Positions 12,466 to 26,298 of a DNA stretch of 64,000 nucleotides are shown piece by piece. Source of the DNA: Rhizophagus irregularis (Eukaryota); contig NC_089430.1 in assembly GCF_026210795.1 (NCBI RefSeq), positions 3,658,001 through 3,722,000 of the forward strand. The letters run 5' to 3'. Within the stretch, counting starts at the first letter, position 1. Each line of letters starts with the position of its first letter. The translations under genes were made by a program, and so were the position numbers. Below the pieces are notes generated by a model, which had not been told where the DNA came from, searched no databases, and saw only the letters and a list, made by a program, of their open reading frames with translations.

Positions 12466-13739
12466 TTTAATGATAGTTAAAAAATGCAAGTCAAAAAAAA
12501 AACAAATATCTAAATATAAAAAAAAAAAAGAAATAATTAATTGAATAAAAAAAAAAATTTTTTTTATCCCCTTTTTTTTGCGTTGATCTTACCACATCAT
12601 GATCGAAAAAAATTAATCTTTTTCTTGCATCGTAATTATATCTATGATTAATATGGTTAATTACGAAAAGAAAAAAAATTCTTTTTGCCATTGATCTTAT
12701 TACATCATATGATACAGATTTTTTTAAGGAAAAAAAAATATGATTAATATAATGATGGATATTGTGATTAAATCATGGCCAAGTAAAATTAATATTTTTC
12801 TCACATTGTTACGATTAATTTCGAAAATAAGTTTCTTTTTTACCATTGATCTCAATAGATTTTCTAAGGAAAAAAATTTGATTAATATAATGACGGACAT
12901 TGTGATTATCGAGTAAAAATTAATCTTTTTTTCAATTTTTTTCTTTTTTTAAAAATTCTATATCGTGGTTATACCTATTACCGAAAAAAACTTTTTCTGC
13001 AAAAAAAGTTGTTTGCATTGATATCATAACACTACGAGTTATCTTTTCCTTGAACCTTCTCAAACATTTTAAGTCGTATAATTAATAATTAACCTCTCCT
13101 ATAAACAGAGAGCAACTTACTTTAATATAAACACGAATAGAGAGCGAGTGATTTGAACTAAGCCAAAGTTAGAAACAAGATAGTTTCGGTATCTTCAGGC
13201 GGTATGGATGAAGACAATTCACGTATTAGCCCTTGTTCTACAATTTGATTTTTATCAAACTCGCTCTACATTGATTATTTCAGTTCTGTCTCAACCGATC
13301 TCCGAGGAAGAAGCAAAGTAGAAATCAAAGAATGGGAATCATGTATGGAAAAGGAACATCCTAAAAAGAAAGAGGCAACGGTTCTGCGAGTTAGAAATAT
13401 CTGAGTAGATGATTCATGCTGAAGCTTCTCTTCTCTCATTTCATCACTGATGCTTTTTCTTATGCGCCTTATCCAAGAAAACATCCATTTCCCTTTCCTT
13501 CGATGACTTGGTATTCTTGAGCTGGTCTATGGAGTCGGATACATCTACAGCTTATATCTCTGGTGTTACGATCAGTGAAAAAATCCAGGTAACACCGGAA
13601 ACGATACGGAATCACAATCACATGCCCTCTGAATATCATCTTGAATGCCAAATTGATATGGTGATAATGTTAAATTCATATTGCAGAAAATATAAAAAAA
13701 AATTGTTCAATATGGAAGTCAGTAATTTGATGGATCAGT

Positions 13740-13930
13740 GATGTCAGAATCAACATCAGAAGTGCATATTGAAAGATCACGTCGTATTTTGATAAATTTA
13801 TCGATGTCGCGACGTTATAACCAGAAGTACTTGGAAAATCACAGTTAACTGTGTAGAGGCTTCCATTAAACGAGAAAAATTTTTCATGTGCTGCGTCATT
13901 GCTCCTCTTCCAAATTAATGATTTCTGCTT
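13740..13930 (-). pseudogene. C-terminal relic of the LFLRTR-domain family
   Basis: DAAHEKFFSFNGSLYTVNCDFPSTSGYNVATSINLSKYDV aligns with DARERFFTHTGNLYTVNNIFNNLSGYNIGSSIDLSKYEI in 14847-15677. Confidence 0.7.
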
Positions 13931-14846
13931 GTCTGGTTGATTGAGATTGTTGTCTGTCTCCTCTTCAAAATGTGGACACCTGGGCAATATTGTAAACGAG
14001 GTAGTTGTTCATCCTCATAAGGATATTGCAATCGAAATGGTCTGTAATTACGTCCAAATTCAGGATAATATTGTGATTGAGGTTTATAAATGGATTGTTG
14101 TTGCCGTTGATATTGCTGATGATGTTGTTGTAGATGTTGTTGGTGAAGTTGATGTTGATGTTGCTGTTGCTGTTTTTAAAAATAACCTTCACGATTAACT
14201 CAATTTAATATTTTATTATTGTATTATAAAATCCAATATACTAATAAAAATGATTTGATTTATTTTAAAAAAACACTGCATGATATCTTCGTGATATCAG
14301 TTTGTAATTGTAAAAAAATTATCTAAATGATATCGCCGTGATGTTTCATAATTGTACCAAAAAAAATCTAAATGATATCGCCGTGTTCGATTCAGTTAAA
14401 GAATGTGAATGAATGTTCGTTAATTTTGGTTGCAAATTTGAAGTTTTATTTTGGCAATAATGTTATACAATAGAAATAAAAATGATAAAGAATATACTAT
14501 CTACCCGTCTTCTTTTAGATTGTGAAAGTGAAAATATATATATATATATATATATATAGATACAAAGAAAAAAATTATTGTTGTAGTAACAATGATAATT
14601 ATAATCATTTGACCTGGTTTTTAAAATGATGGTTTTTTACATAGAATTTTTTTTTAAAAAAAAAAGAAAAATTTGCTCAGCACTTTCTTCATAAAAGGGA
14701 TTTTTTAGACATATCGTGGGATTAACAGCACATCTAGACACGTGTTTTATAAATTTACATACGAACCTCTCAAACTTCAACACACGACCAGACACTTTAC
14801 TTTCTACGCTAAAAATTTAAATTGAAAAAAATCTACATAATATATA

Positions 14847-16682
14847 TTATTTTTTTCGCTTTTTAGTAGATTTCTTTGATTTCGGCTTTGGTTCATCCTC
14901 AGAGCTGGAATTTGAATCATCATCATCATTATTTTCAATTTCATACTTTGATAAATCAATCGAAGAACCAATATTATATCCAGATAAATTGTTAAAAATA
15001 TTATTAACCGTATAAAGGTTTCCGGTGTGAGTAAAAAAACGCTCACGTGCATCACTGTTATAAATTTCTAAACAGTGGAATCCAAAAAGAATTAAATTTT
15101 TAAGCGAATTTTCGTTTTCTTGAGATATCGGCTTGTCCGAAAATTTCAACCAAAGGTTGAATATTTCTTCAATATGACGACCTTTTAAGTACGGTTTGAA
15201 ATCAAGACTTTTGTCTTTTTCTTTACGTTTTTGATAAGTTTCGTATCTAAGCTTGATGTTATCCCATAATGTATTTCTCCAGTACAACCAGGTTTTACAA
15301 AAACTTTTTGCTACAATATGTAATATGTCAGGATGATCGTTCATAAAAGTTGGTAACAATGACGCTAAGAAATCTTCTATAATTTGATTATTGTTGCTTT
15401 TATCTAAGTTTCTTGTTCTTAGGAATAATGATTTTAATTCGTTAATCACTATTATTCTTAACCACTTTGGGATAGAGTTTTGCATCGATATAATATTAGA
15501 AATTCTCTTTTGGTTATATGATATATTTGCATCACGATCTGTGAACTTTTCAGGAGAATTTGCATGAGGGCGAATCGATGTTGGATATCTTCGATTCTCG
15601 AGATAGATTTTTGGCAGCTGTAAGCCTGAGCTTAAGAGTTCTTCTTCCATGTCATCCCTAATTTTTAAAGAAAACATTGTTATATGAAGATTACAAGATG
15701 ATAAATATGAAAAAAATATATTTGTTACATTGGATTCATCCGAGGGAGAGTTGAAGATGTAACAGAAGGTATAGCAATACCAAGAGAAGAAGTACTAGTA
15801 CTACTTTGAGTTATAAGAGGAATTTCTTCCAAGGTATCCCTAATTTTAAAAAACATTATGTTAATATGAAGATTATAAGATTATAAATATGAAAAAGTCA
15901 TATTTGTTACATTGAATCCGTCCGTGTGAGAGTTGGGGTCATAACAGGTGTAGAAGATGAGGAAGTGCGGCTTCGTTCTTCGCTAGCATAACGCTTGCCT
16001 CTGTGGATCATCTGCTCGATTTGATCATGTAAATGTTCAGGGAGCGTCATGGCAAAGCGTTCTGCAATAGATTGTTGGACATAAACAGGATTAACGGCTC
16101 TGGACATGATGTCCTCGATTTGTAGAAATAGTGTAGCGAGTAAATTATCTATATGATAGAAATAACGTTACAAGTTATTGTTCTGTTATTGAAGATTTCT
16201 TCAAATACCGAATATTATTAAATAATACAGACCAATTTCTTCATCAGAAAGTAATTGTGTTGAAGGATGCTGCAAGTATTGTGAGGAATACGAGGGATAT
16301 GGAAAGGGGTATGGAGACTGTTGTTGTGACGAGGGGTATGGAGACTGTTGTTGTGACGAGGGGTATGGAGACTGTTGTTGTGACGAGGGGTATGGAGACT
16401 GTTGTTGTGACGAGGGTATGGAGACTGTTGTTGTGACGAGGGGTATGGAGACTGTTGTTGTACCGAGGAATGATGCGGATACAAGGGGTATGGAGAATGT
16501 TGCCGTGACGAAAAACGTTGATAGGGATATGGAGGTAAATATTGTTGTGACCATTGAGGTTGAGATTGCGATTGCGAAGGCGATTGCGAAGGCGATTGCG
16601 AAGGTTCCCAATGCTTAATAAGAGAGCTCCGTCTATGACTTTCTTTTTCTTGTACAGGCTTATTACGATCTTGAGAAGACAT
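14847..16682 (-). CDS. Cargo gene B: 4 exons, (SPYPSSQQQ)n N-terminus, C-terminal LFLRTR domain; 1-bp frameshift in a G-run of the 27-bp repeat (~16414)
   Basis: Exons ~16682-16232, 16148-15910, 15839-15730 and 15658-14847 with GT-AG borders. IPKWLRIIVINELKSLFLRTRNLD. Paralogous to gene A with matching intron positions (EEI|G and PM|R). Confidence 0.75.
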
Positions 16683-17797
16683 TTTTTGATAATGGTTTCT
16701 ATGAGTTAAAAAATGTGGATCAAAAATTTTTTCAATTTTTTTTTTTTATTTAAATAATTTTAATCTTACCACATCATGATCGAGTAAAAATATGGTTAAT
16801 TTCGAAAATAAAAATTATTTTTTGCCATTGATCTATTACATCGTGTAATACAGATTTTTTTAAGGGAAAAAAAATCTGATTAATTATTTAATATAATGAT
16901 GGATATTGTGATTAAATCATGAACAAGTAATTTTTTCATATCGTGATTATATTACTTTTTTTCCTTAAAAAAATCATACGGTACAATAAGAACAATGGAA
17001 ATAAGAATTTTTTTTTTCTTTTCGAAATTAAATAGATTAGATTGAGTCAATAATTAGACTTTTCTTTTTTTCGAAATTAATCTCATCATATGATTACGGA
17101 TATTGTAATTAAATCATGATCGAGTAGAATCTTTTTTCAATTTTTCTTTTTTTTCTTTGTGATCGAATAAAATTCCATATCGTGGTTATACACCTATTAG
17201 CAAAAAAACTTTTTTGCAAAAAAAAATTGTATTGATATCGGTTTCCTAATAACACTACGGGTTCCTTGAACCCTCTCAAGCATCTAAAGTTAAACTCTCT
17301 CATAAACACAGAGAGCGCAACTTACCTTAATATGACATGAATACTAAATATGCTTAGTAGTGAGAACGAAAAATTAAATTTTGGGAAAAGGGGAAAGATA
17401 AAATGGATCAACAAACTGAAATGGATTTTAACACATGAATCCTTCAGATGAAATTACTATGTTAGTAGAAAATTCAGGAGGTGGAAATAAACAGTATAAT
17501 TATAATTTTGCTTCGCCACAATAACTTTTTATGATGGTAACAATCGTTATATAATTTTGATTATTTTCTACATGACCAAAATAAGTATATCGTCTTTTTA
17601 ACAAAATTTTTTAAGATCATCAAAATATTATTTTGATATTAGCAACTGAATGTTGGAACACATGATCGGAAATCAATAATTTAAGTATAATACTTATACG
17701 AAAAAATAGAAACTATCATGATGTTTAACTGAACAATTTATAGCATATTTTTTTTTTATTTTATATTATAGTGTATTATAAGTTTATTATATTATTA

Positions 17798-17975
17798 GGG
17801 GAGTTACACATATCACGTAATATTCATTTTATTATAAACCTTACCCCCCCCCCTGTTAGATTTCATAACCAATCAAATTATAATATTTATAAATCATATG
17901 ATTTAAATAAGTGTAACGTAAAATTTTAACTACCCCCTCCCCCCTATAATAATTACATAATATGTGTAAGCTCCC
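17798..17975. mobile_element. PIF/Harbinger-type MITE, copy 2
   Basis: TTA TSD, same TIRs and internal sequence as 6725-6906. Confidence 0.85.
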
Positions 17976-17999
17976 TTATTATCATAAAAAAAAATTGTG

Positions 18000-18705
18000 A
18001 CCCGTCTTGCATAATTGCGCTTCTTCACTCCAATGTAAATAAAATGTGATAAAAGATAATTTTTTTATTATAGTACTACCTAATATCATAAAAACGCTAA
18101 CATTTTATTTATTAGGGATGATATTGAAAAAAGCTTGTTGAAGCTGGATTATCGTTACCATTAAAATATCTGGAAATTTGATCATTTTTCAAAATTTGAT
18201 TTGACGAATCGTTCCAAGTACATCGTTCCTAAATAATGGCTTCAATTCGCCGAAAATTATCTTTCTAATCCACTTCGGTAGTGATTTGTACGACTCAAAA
18301 AGCAAACGTGCCATTTGAACTTGGGTAATGCTGCCTGAATTGTGTGGATCAATGAATTCTTTTTAAGGATACGCTGACGTGTTACAAATTTATAATAATT
18401 TGCGTAACGTCCTTTGGAAGAAATTAGTAGAAAGGTACATTAAATATAAAAATAGTAAAGAGAAGATTAAGCCGAATGTAAATCTAAAGAATCGACAAAT
18501 TAAGGAAAATACTAACGGAGGAGAATGAGAGCGCACTTAAAATCTCATCATCTTTGGGTTTTATTGTATTGAGAATTTATAAGATGCGCACGACAAATTT
18601 TTCTCATTTTACGGAAGCCTTTTCACAGTTACTTGTGATTTTCCAAGCTCTTCGAGATATAATATTGCGGCTTCTATGGATTTATCAAATTTTTATGTAG
18701 TTTTT
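18000..18705 (+). pseudogene. Inverted, decayed paralog of cargo genes A/B
   Basis: TAG|GGATGATATTGAA encodes RDDIEK..EAGLSLPLKYLE (cf. RDDMEEELLSSGLQLPKIYLE). Later ALKNLIIFGFYCIE..DAHDKFFSFYGSLFTVTCDFPSSSRYNIAASMDLS. Confidence 0.7.
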
Positions 18706-18971
18706 AAATAATAATAATCATACACGTGATAATACAGTGGCCATAAGTCACACGCTCCTGGGTATAATTTATGGGATGGTTTTTTTCCCTTCGGGAAAAA
18801 ACCCCTGAACTACTGTAGTTACTGAAACAGGAATTATACACGAGATCTTTACGTTGTACTAAACTAATTTTGACGACAGTACAATTGGATAATTTCCAAA
18901 ATTGTTGAATCCCAATAATAAATAACATCTTTTTTCGATAAAAAAAAAAGGTAATTTTCTTTTCATTAATA

Positions 18972-19541
18972 ATGGGAAAACCATCATTACATTCTAGGAA
19001 AACGGCCTGGCGTAGACAAAAAAAACGACAATATAAAAAATTTAAACAAAAAGAAATTGAAATATCTGATCTCCAGATACAGCTCCAGGATTTCCAAAAA
19101 GCTGTTGAGACAGCCGGTGAACAAGTGATTTCCAAGCTAGACAAAACTGAGCGTGAAAACGCAAATCTATTGAAGTGGATCGATATTTTTTCAAATCAAA
19201 TCTCAAGTCAGGAAGAAGAGATATATAAGCTTGAATTAAAGAGTTATTTAGCACAATCAACATCGTCTCTGTCATCTCCACCACAGCCACCATCATCATC
19301 ATCATCATCACAATTGTCACCGACATCTTTTAAAAGCATGGATGAGTACTTTAAACATAATCAAGTTAGTAATTTTTTAGGTATTGTGCAATTTTTAATG
19401 ATTTTTATTTTTATAATTAATGAATTGTTCTCATTTTTTAGTAAAAGAAATCTAGTAGTTCATTATTTTTTTTTTTTTGAAACCATTTTGAACTATTCTC
19501 ATTTTTTTTTAATAAAAGAAATTTTTGTAATATTGAAATAA
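18972..19541 (+). CDS. Hypothetical protein with basic N-terminus and coiled coil (true 3' end probably spliced near 19365)
   Basis: MGKPSLHSRKTAWRRQKKRQYKK followed by a heptad-like segment EISDLQIQLQDFQKAVE..LELKSYL and a Ser/Pro tract. The hydrophobic tail looks like intron read-through. Confidence 0.5.
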   Translation: MGKPSLHSRKTAWRRQKKRQYKKFKQKEIEISDLQIQLQDFQKAVETAGEQVISKLDKTERENANLLKWIDIFSNQISSQEEEIYKLELKSYLAQSTSSLSSPPQPPSSSSSSQLSPTSFKSMDEYFKHNQVSNFLGIVQFLMIFIFIINELFSFFSKRNLVVHYFFFFETILNYSHFFLIKEIFVILK

Positions 19542-20237
19542 ATACATAAAATAATCAAATTCGTATTAATAATATATCGTGTAAAATATGTTTTATTTGC
19601 CAGTAAATAATAAAAAAAATATTTGTAAAGGTTTAACTGGGAAATTTTCGCCTATCAGGAGGATATGGGGAAATTTTCGCCCGCTAGAACTCTACGATAA
19701 TAATCGCCATAAGGTATACATAGTAATCGAACCAGAGACCCGCTGCGATGCGGATTTCCTATCTCAAACTACTCTACCACATGCGATTATCTGTTTAAGG
19801 GATATTTATTGATTACTCTTTATTACTAAATTACTGGATTATTGATTGTGCTATTCCCTAATAAGGTTTGTACGATCACTGTAAGACCTGTTATGTATGT
19901 ATATATACATGTTAATTGTTACTGCGTTAAGAGATTGTTAATTTTTTTTTTTATCAAAAATTAAATGAGAAAACGATTACAGTTATGATAATTGATGATT
20001 ATAAGGTCAAGGTTACGATAAAAAAAAATTTTTAGAGAATGACATAAATAACAGATTAATAGTTATATTTTAGCGTCAAATTGTGTTAGTGAAGTTATTA
20101 CGACATTAACTTATTAACTTGTGAAGTCACATTCTATAAACTTTTAAAACAATATGATATATTGTAATCTTTATTATAATAAAGGAATAAAAAACATATC
20201 AATGTTATCACGGTCTTTTATGTGATATGTACTGTAT

Positions 20238-21794
20238 TTATGAAAAAAGATGGAGTTTTAAAGAGCTAGCAATGTTTCTTCCGCTACGGGAAGGAATTTC
20301 TAGATCTTCTGTAATAACATCTAACTCCTTAACCTTTTCTTTGATATTTGCGCTTTCAGTTTCAACCCAGACTATTTTGAAGCATTTTCTGGAGAATTCT
20401 ATTAATTTATCTAGTGAAGTTTCCGATAATTTTGTAAAATCGATGGCTGAAACATATCGGCTTAAGATTCTCTTTAAAACCACCTCACGTGATATGAAGT
20501 TGTTTACTTCCTCGTCGGTAGGATCTGAACTTTCCGTATATTCACTTTAATAGAAAAAAAGTTTAAATCATTAAATCATTGTAGTAAAAACAACATAACG
20601 ATATGAACGTATCGATCACCTTTCTACAATTTGTCGAAATTCTTTTACTAATGTTGAAAGTACATTTTTCAATTGATATCGATAGTCGGAAAATGATTTA
20701 CGATATCGTTCGTTAATTGACTTCGCCACGCTTTGATAAGCATCATGCCCAAAAATTTTTTGTGTTATTTTATCAAACGCATGATCGGGCGGATTTCTAG
20801 TTCGCAAAAAAAGGCATTTCATTTCTTCGTCAATAAGACGATAATTATCCTAAATAGTAATAATATCAATAATACATAATACATCAGTAATTCTGCTGTG
20901 TAATAACGATTGTTCTTAATTGGTAAGAATGTAACAACCAAAATAAGAAATGGACTTTACGTTGTCAGATGATGACGAAGTCGAGGTGGTTAGTGGCAAA
21001 TTTGTTGATGGCTGCTTCGTCGAGACATCAAGCATTTTGTTTGCCAGATGTAGTACACTTGAATGTAAGACCAACCAATTGCAAATTTGCAATTGATTGG
21101 TCATTGCGCCAAACTGAACCAGAATTTCTTCTTCACTCTCTAGAAGTAATATTAAATGAGAATAAAATTATATTCATTAATTATGTTCAGATTTTATGTT
21201 TTACCGCTTTCATCATTTTCATTTTCTTCTTGTTCTTTATCTTGCTCTCTCCTATCCCTCTCTCTTCTCTCTTTCTCTCTTCTCTCTTTTTCTCTTCTTT
21301 CTTTTTCTCTTCTCTCTTTATCTCTCCTTTCCATCTCTTTCTTCTCATTTTCTCTTCTTTCTTTTTCAATATTTCTTTCTTCTTGCTCTGGAAGCATATC
21401 TTCATTATAACGAAGTAAATTTATTTTTAAATAAATTCGCAGAAATATCATTTCAATTGAATAATAAAACAATTATTATAAGGTATTTACCCATAATAAT
21501 TCTTTCAATATCATCATCTTGTCTATTATTACCTTCTCCAATATCTACATCTTGTCCATGTAAATTATCTTGTTCATGTTCACTTCCTTCCTCTCTCCTT
21601 TCATCTCTTTCCTTATTATAATCACGTGAAGAGTTGGCAACATATGTACGAATAGTTTTGGTAGTTTTTGCAGCTTTTGTTGCCTTGTCTTTTAGGTATC
21701 ATTATAATAGTATTAGGCGCAATTACTATATAAAATTTCAAATCAAAAATATAATTTTATTACCTTTTCCTGTTACTCCTCTGCGTTTAGTCAT
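20238..21794 (-). CDS. Cargo gene C: multi-exon, charged E/R/K-rich linker, TNQLQICNWLV motif, LFLRTR domain
   Basis: MTKRRGVTGK start with GT-AG introns. TNQLQICNWLVLH, EEMKCLFLRTRNPP, IPSRSGRNIASSLKL*. Clear paralog at 36516-38284. Confidence 0.75.
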
Positions 21795-21929
21795 GATAAA
21801 CAAACAAGGTGGTACTTATTGGTATTGTGCTAGTAGCAACGTAAAGAAATAGGTGATTCCTGACGAAACGAATACAGCATCATCTTTATTTATTTATAGA
21901 GATTTCTCCTAATATTAAGAAAAAATTAC

Positions 21930-24300
21930 ATCGTGACCGCAGCACATAAAAGGAAATTGGGTTAGCATTCTCGAAAAAAACGTTCATGGTTACATTAAAT
22001 CTTGGATAGTTGATCGGAAGAATTTGTTAATGGTTACATCGATTCTTTATGACGAAAATTTTGGGAAAATTTGATGTCTTAACGGTTACATGTAAAGAAA
22101 TTATATATGAGTATCGTAACTGTAGGACATAAACGGAAATTTGGCCAACAAAATTTTCAAATTATTGGAATAATTGATCGGGAAAATCCTTAATGGGTAT
22201 ATTAGCTCTTTGTCCGCAGAACATTAATGGTAATTTCGAGCAATATTAACGGTTACAAGTAAAGAAGCTATATATGAATATCGTGATCGCAGGACATAAA
22301 CGGATTTTCGGGATAATTTGTTCAGGAGAAAAAATTTGTTAATGGTTACATAATCAGGGTTGAAGAATTATACTGTACGTACTACTATATTATGCTACCC
22401 TAATACTTAAATAGAGTACTTTTTTTCATATGTTTAATATATTATATATTTATTTTAATAATTAGGATTGATAATAAATTATTAACTATTCTTTTAATCT
22501 TAATAGAAAAAATATTATATTAAATATTTAACAGTGCAATATTAATGCAATGTTTACAGTACATTGATAAAATTTTGGGCAATGGAAAAATTGCGGTTAC
22601 ATGTAAGGTGATCGCAGGACATAAAAGGAAATTTAGATTCAGATTTGGGGATAATAAAATTATTAATGGTTACACATTGATTTTTTATCTGCAGCGCATT
22701 GATAGAATTCAGGGGTAATCTGAAAAATTTGACAGAAATATCGTGATCGCAGGACATAAACAGAAATTTAGATCAAAAAATTGATCGGAAAAATATTTGT
22801 CAACAGTTCTGTTGATTCTTTATCTACAAAAGATCTTTATCTGCAGCACATTGGTGGAATCTAGGGTAATGATCTGAAAAATTTGGAATGAATATCGTAG
22901 TCGCAATAAATAAATAGAAATTTAGGTCAATAATTGATCAGAAAAAATTATCAATGGTTACATTGATTTTTTATCTGCAGCGCATTGATAGAATTCAGGG
23001 GTAATCTGAAAAATTTGACATGAATATCGTGATCGCAGGACATAAACGGATTTTCGGGATAATTGTAAAATTTGTTAATGGTTACATAATCAGGGTTAAA
23101 GAATTATACTGTACGTACTATATTATGCTGTCCTAATACTTAAATAGAGTACATTTTTTATATGTTTAATATATTATATATTTATTTTAATAATTAGGAT
23201 TGATAATAAATTATTAACTATTCTTTTAATCTTAATAGAAAAAATATTATATTAAATATTTAACAGTGCAATATTAGTGCAATGTATACAGTAAATTGAT
23301 GAATTTTGGGCAATGGGAAATTGCGGTTACATGTAAGGTGATCGCAGGACATGAACAAAAATTTAGATCAAAAAACTGATCGGAAAAAAATTTTTGTCAA
23401 CAGTTCTGTTGATTCTTTATCTGCAAAAGATCTTTATCTGCAGCACATTGGTGGAATCTAGGGTAATGATCTGAAAAATTTGGAATGAATATCGTAGTCG
23501 CAATAAATAAATAGAAATTTAGATCAATAATTGATCAGAAAAAATTGTTAATGATTACATTGATTTTTTATCTGCAGCGCATTGATAGAATTCAGGGGTA
23601 ATCTGAAAAATTTGACATGAATATCGTGATCGCAGGACATAAACGGATTTTCGGGATAATTGATCAGGAGAAAAAATTTGTTAATGGTTACATAATCAGA
23701 GTTGAAGAATTATACTGTACGTACTATATTATGCTGTCCTAATACTTAAATAGAGTACATTTTTTATATGTTTAATATATTATATATTTATTTTAATAAT
23801 TAGGATTGATAATAAATTATTAACTATTCTTTTAATCTTAATAGAAAAAATATTATATTAAATATTTAACAGTGCAATATTAGTGCAATGTATACAGTAA
23901 ATTGATGAATTTTGGGCAATGGAAAAATTGCGGTTACATGTAAGGTGATCGCAGGACATGAACAAAAATTTAAATCAAAAAACTGATCGGAAAAAAAATT
24001 TTTGTCAACAGTTCTGTTGATTCTTTATCTGCAAAAGATCTTTATCTGCAGCACATTGGTGGAATCTAGGGTAATGATCTGAAAAATTTGGAATGAATAT
24101 CGTGGTCGCAATAAATAAATAGAAATTTAGATCAATAATTGATCGGAAAAATTGTTAATGATTACATTGATTTTTATCTGCAGCGCATTGACAGAATTTG
24201 TTACATTAATTCTCTATCTCGGAATTATGTAATGAAATTTTAAAAAAAAAAACTTTTACAAGTTGTTGACCCAAATTTCCTTTTATGTAGTGCAGTCATG
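21930..24300 (+). repeat. Complex tandem repeat (three ~0.6-0.7 kb copies) built from the motif CGTGATCGCAGGACATAAACGGAAATTT
   Basis: TTATACTGTACGTACTA blocks near 22368, 23104 and 23710. The motif is repeated more than ten times. Confidence 0.9.
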
Positions 24301-24469
24301 ATATCACAATCGTAATATTATAAAAAAAATTACTTTGTACTTTTTTCCCAAAGAATTCAATTGATATTTTTTTAAAGTTTGACTGTCCATATCTTATCAG
24401 TTACATATAAAAATACCACATCTCAGATCAGAGTTTTTAGATTTCTAATAAAAAAAAGTTAGAAAGAAA

Positions 24470-24748
24470 ATGTCCTTTCCCAAACCTAGTAGAGAAGAAA
24501 CAGGTATAAAAAAAAAAATACCTCATATATTAATTCATTAAATAACGTATGATAATATTCATATAATTTCTTTCATATATAGATAATACGATATTGATCT
24601 CACTAGACGATCTAATAAAAGAACAAACCCGATTGAACAATCTTCGCCAAACCAACATTAAAAAGAAACGGCAACGTCCGTCTCGTAACAACCGAGCGAA
24701 GACCATGGGAGACTGGGCTCGGATGGTGAAAAAAGTATGATCATTTGA
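24470..24748 (+). CDS. Small 2-exon basic hypothetical protein (<70 aa)
   Basis: ATG at 24470, intron 24504-24582 (GT..AG). The spliced frame stays open: MSFPKPSREET|DNTILISLDDLIKEQTRLNNLRQTNIKKKRQRPSRK.. Confidence 0.45.
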
Positions 24749-24863
24749 TTCTTTAATATTTTGTGATAATTTGAAATATTTAACACTTTAAAATTATTTG
24801 TTAGAATTGATATTGCCATTATATGAAGTTATATCTCATTACAATACCGCAAAATATTACTAT

Positions 24864-25044
24864 CCCAGTAAAAAGTTCTTGTACCAAATATAGGCCAATT
24901 ATGAAATGAGTCCATTCGGTATAAAATTTGGCCATATGTATTTTAATTTTATCCCATTTATGGTCCAATTTTTCGTACCAAACGGGCTCATGTATAAATT
25001 CAATACAAACCTAATATAAATTCAGTACAGGACTTTTTACTGGG
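24864..25044. mobile_element. MITE with CCCAGTAAAAAG TIRs
   Basis: CCCAGTAAAAAGTTCTTGTAC / GTACAGGACTTTTTACTGGG. 2-bp TSD (AT, or TA if the TIR is one base longer). Confidence 0.8.
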
Positions 25045-25244
25045 ATATATTCACCTCCTTTTCAATTTATTTCAATAAAAAAATAAATCTTATGTAATTT
25101 TATAATTGTATATATCCGTAAAGCTCACCACTAGTGATTTTATCATAATAATTGATCGTAATAATTTAAAATCATAAAAATCAAAATTTCATATAAACTG
25201 GAACACGAATTGCTAACAATTTTTTTCTGATCATTTGTCTTGTC

Positions 25245-26170
25245 TAAATGTGCTGCGATCACGATATTCTTAAAATGTAATATCAATTTTTCAGAAAAGC
25301 TTTGTTAACCCAATTTCCGTTATGTCCAGCAGCCTATATAAATTTCTTTACATGTAATCGTCAAAACATCAATCAAGAGCTTTGTTAACCCAAATTTCTA
25401 TAGTTACGATGTTGTTCATTATATAATTCATTAACAGTTAATGTAACTAACTATTAACGAATTTTTTTTCTGATCAATTATCCCAAAATTCGATGATCTA
25501 AATTTCCGCTTATATCTTGCGGTCACAATATTCATATAAATTCCTTTATATATAACCGTTAAAGAAGTCAACTCTTCAGATCATTGCCTCAAAATTTCGT
25601 CAATGCATTGTAAGTAAAGAACCAATGTAGCCATTAAGAAAATTTCCCGATCAATTCAAATTTCCGTTTATGTCCCGCGGTCACAATATTCATACAAAAT
25701 TTCTTTGCACGTCAATTTTAGATCATTTTACCAAAATGTACTGTGGACAAAGAACTAACGATTGTAACTATTGACATTTTTTTCTGATCGATTTTCCCAA
25801 AATTTAAGAAATTAGTAATCTAAATTTCCGTTTATGTTCTGCAGTCACGCACGATATTCATACAAAATTTCTTTGCATGTAACTGGTTGTTAACACGTCA
25901 ATTTTAGATCATTTTCCCCAAGATTTCCATTAATGTACTGTGATCTAAGAACTAATGTAACCATTAACATTTTTTTTTCTCGAAATTTCGTGAAATTCGT
26001 AATATAAATTTCCGTTTATGTCCTGCGGTCACGATTTCATACAAAATTTCTTTACATGTAACCAGATCATTGCCCAAAATTTCCGTTAATGCACCACGGA
26101 CAAGGAACTAATGTAACCGTTAAGAAATTTGTTAACCCAAAATTTCCGTTTATGTGCTGCGGTCACGATA
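25245..26170 (-). repeat. Inverted-orientation array of the same motif (AAATTTCCGTTTATGTCCTGCGGTCACG) directly upstream of the transposase
   Basis: Copies near 25250, 25315, 25500, 25660, 25822, 26008 and 26142. Confidence 0.85.
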
Positions 26171-26298
26171 CTATGATATCCAATTGAAAATATTATAAAA
26201 GCAGTTAATGAATTAAATACACAAACGCGCATGGACATTTTTTAAATTTATGATTTTATTTCATTTTATTATTCCTTATTATAATTATTGTCATAGCC

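Noticed and set aside
13150..13700. Captured host-gene fragment
   Set aside because: Coding-like composition but no recognisable motif and several stops; cannot be supported.
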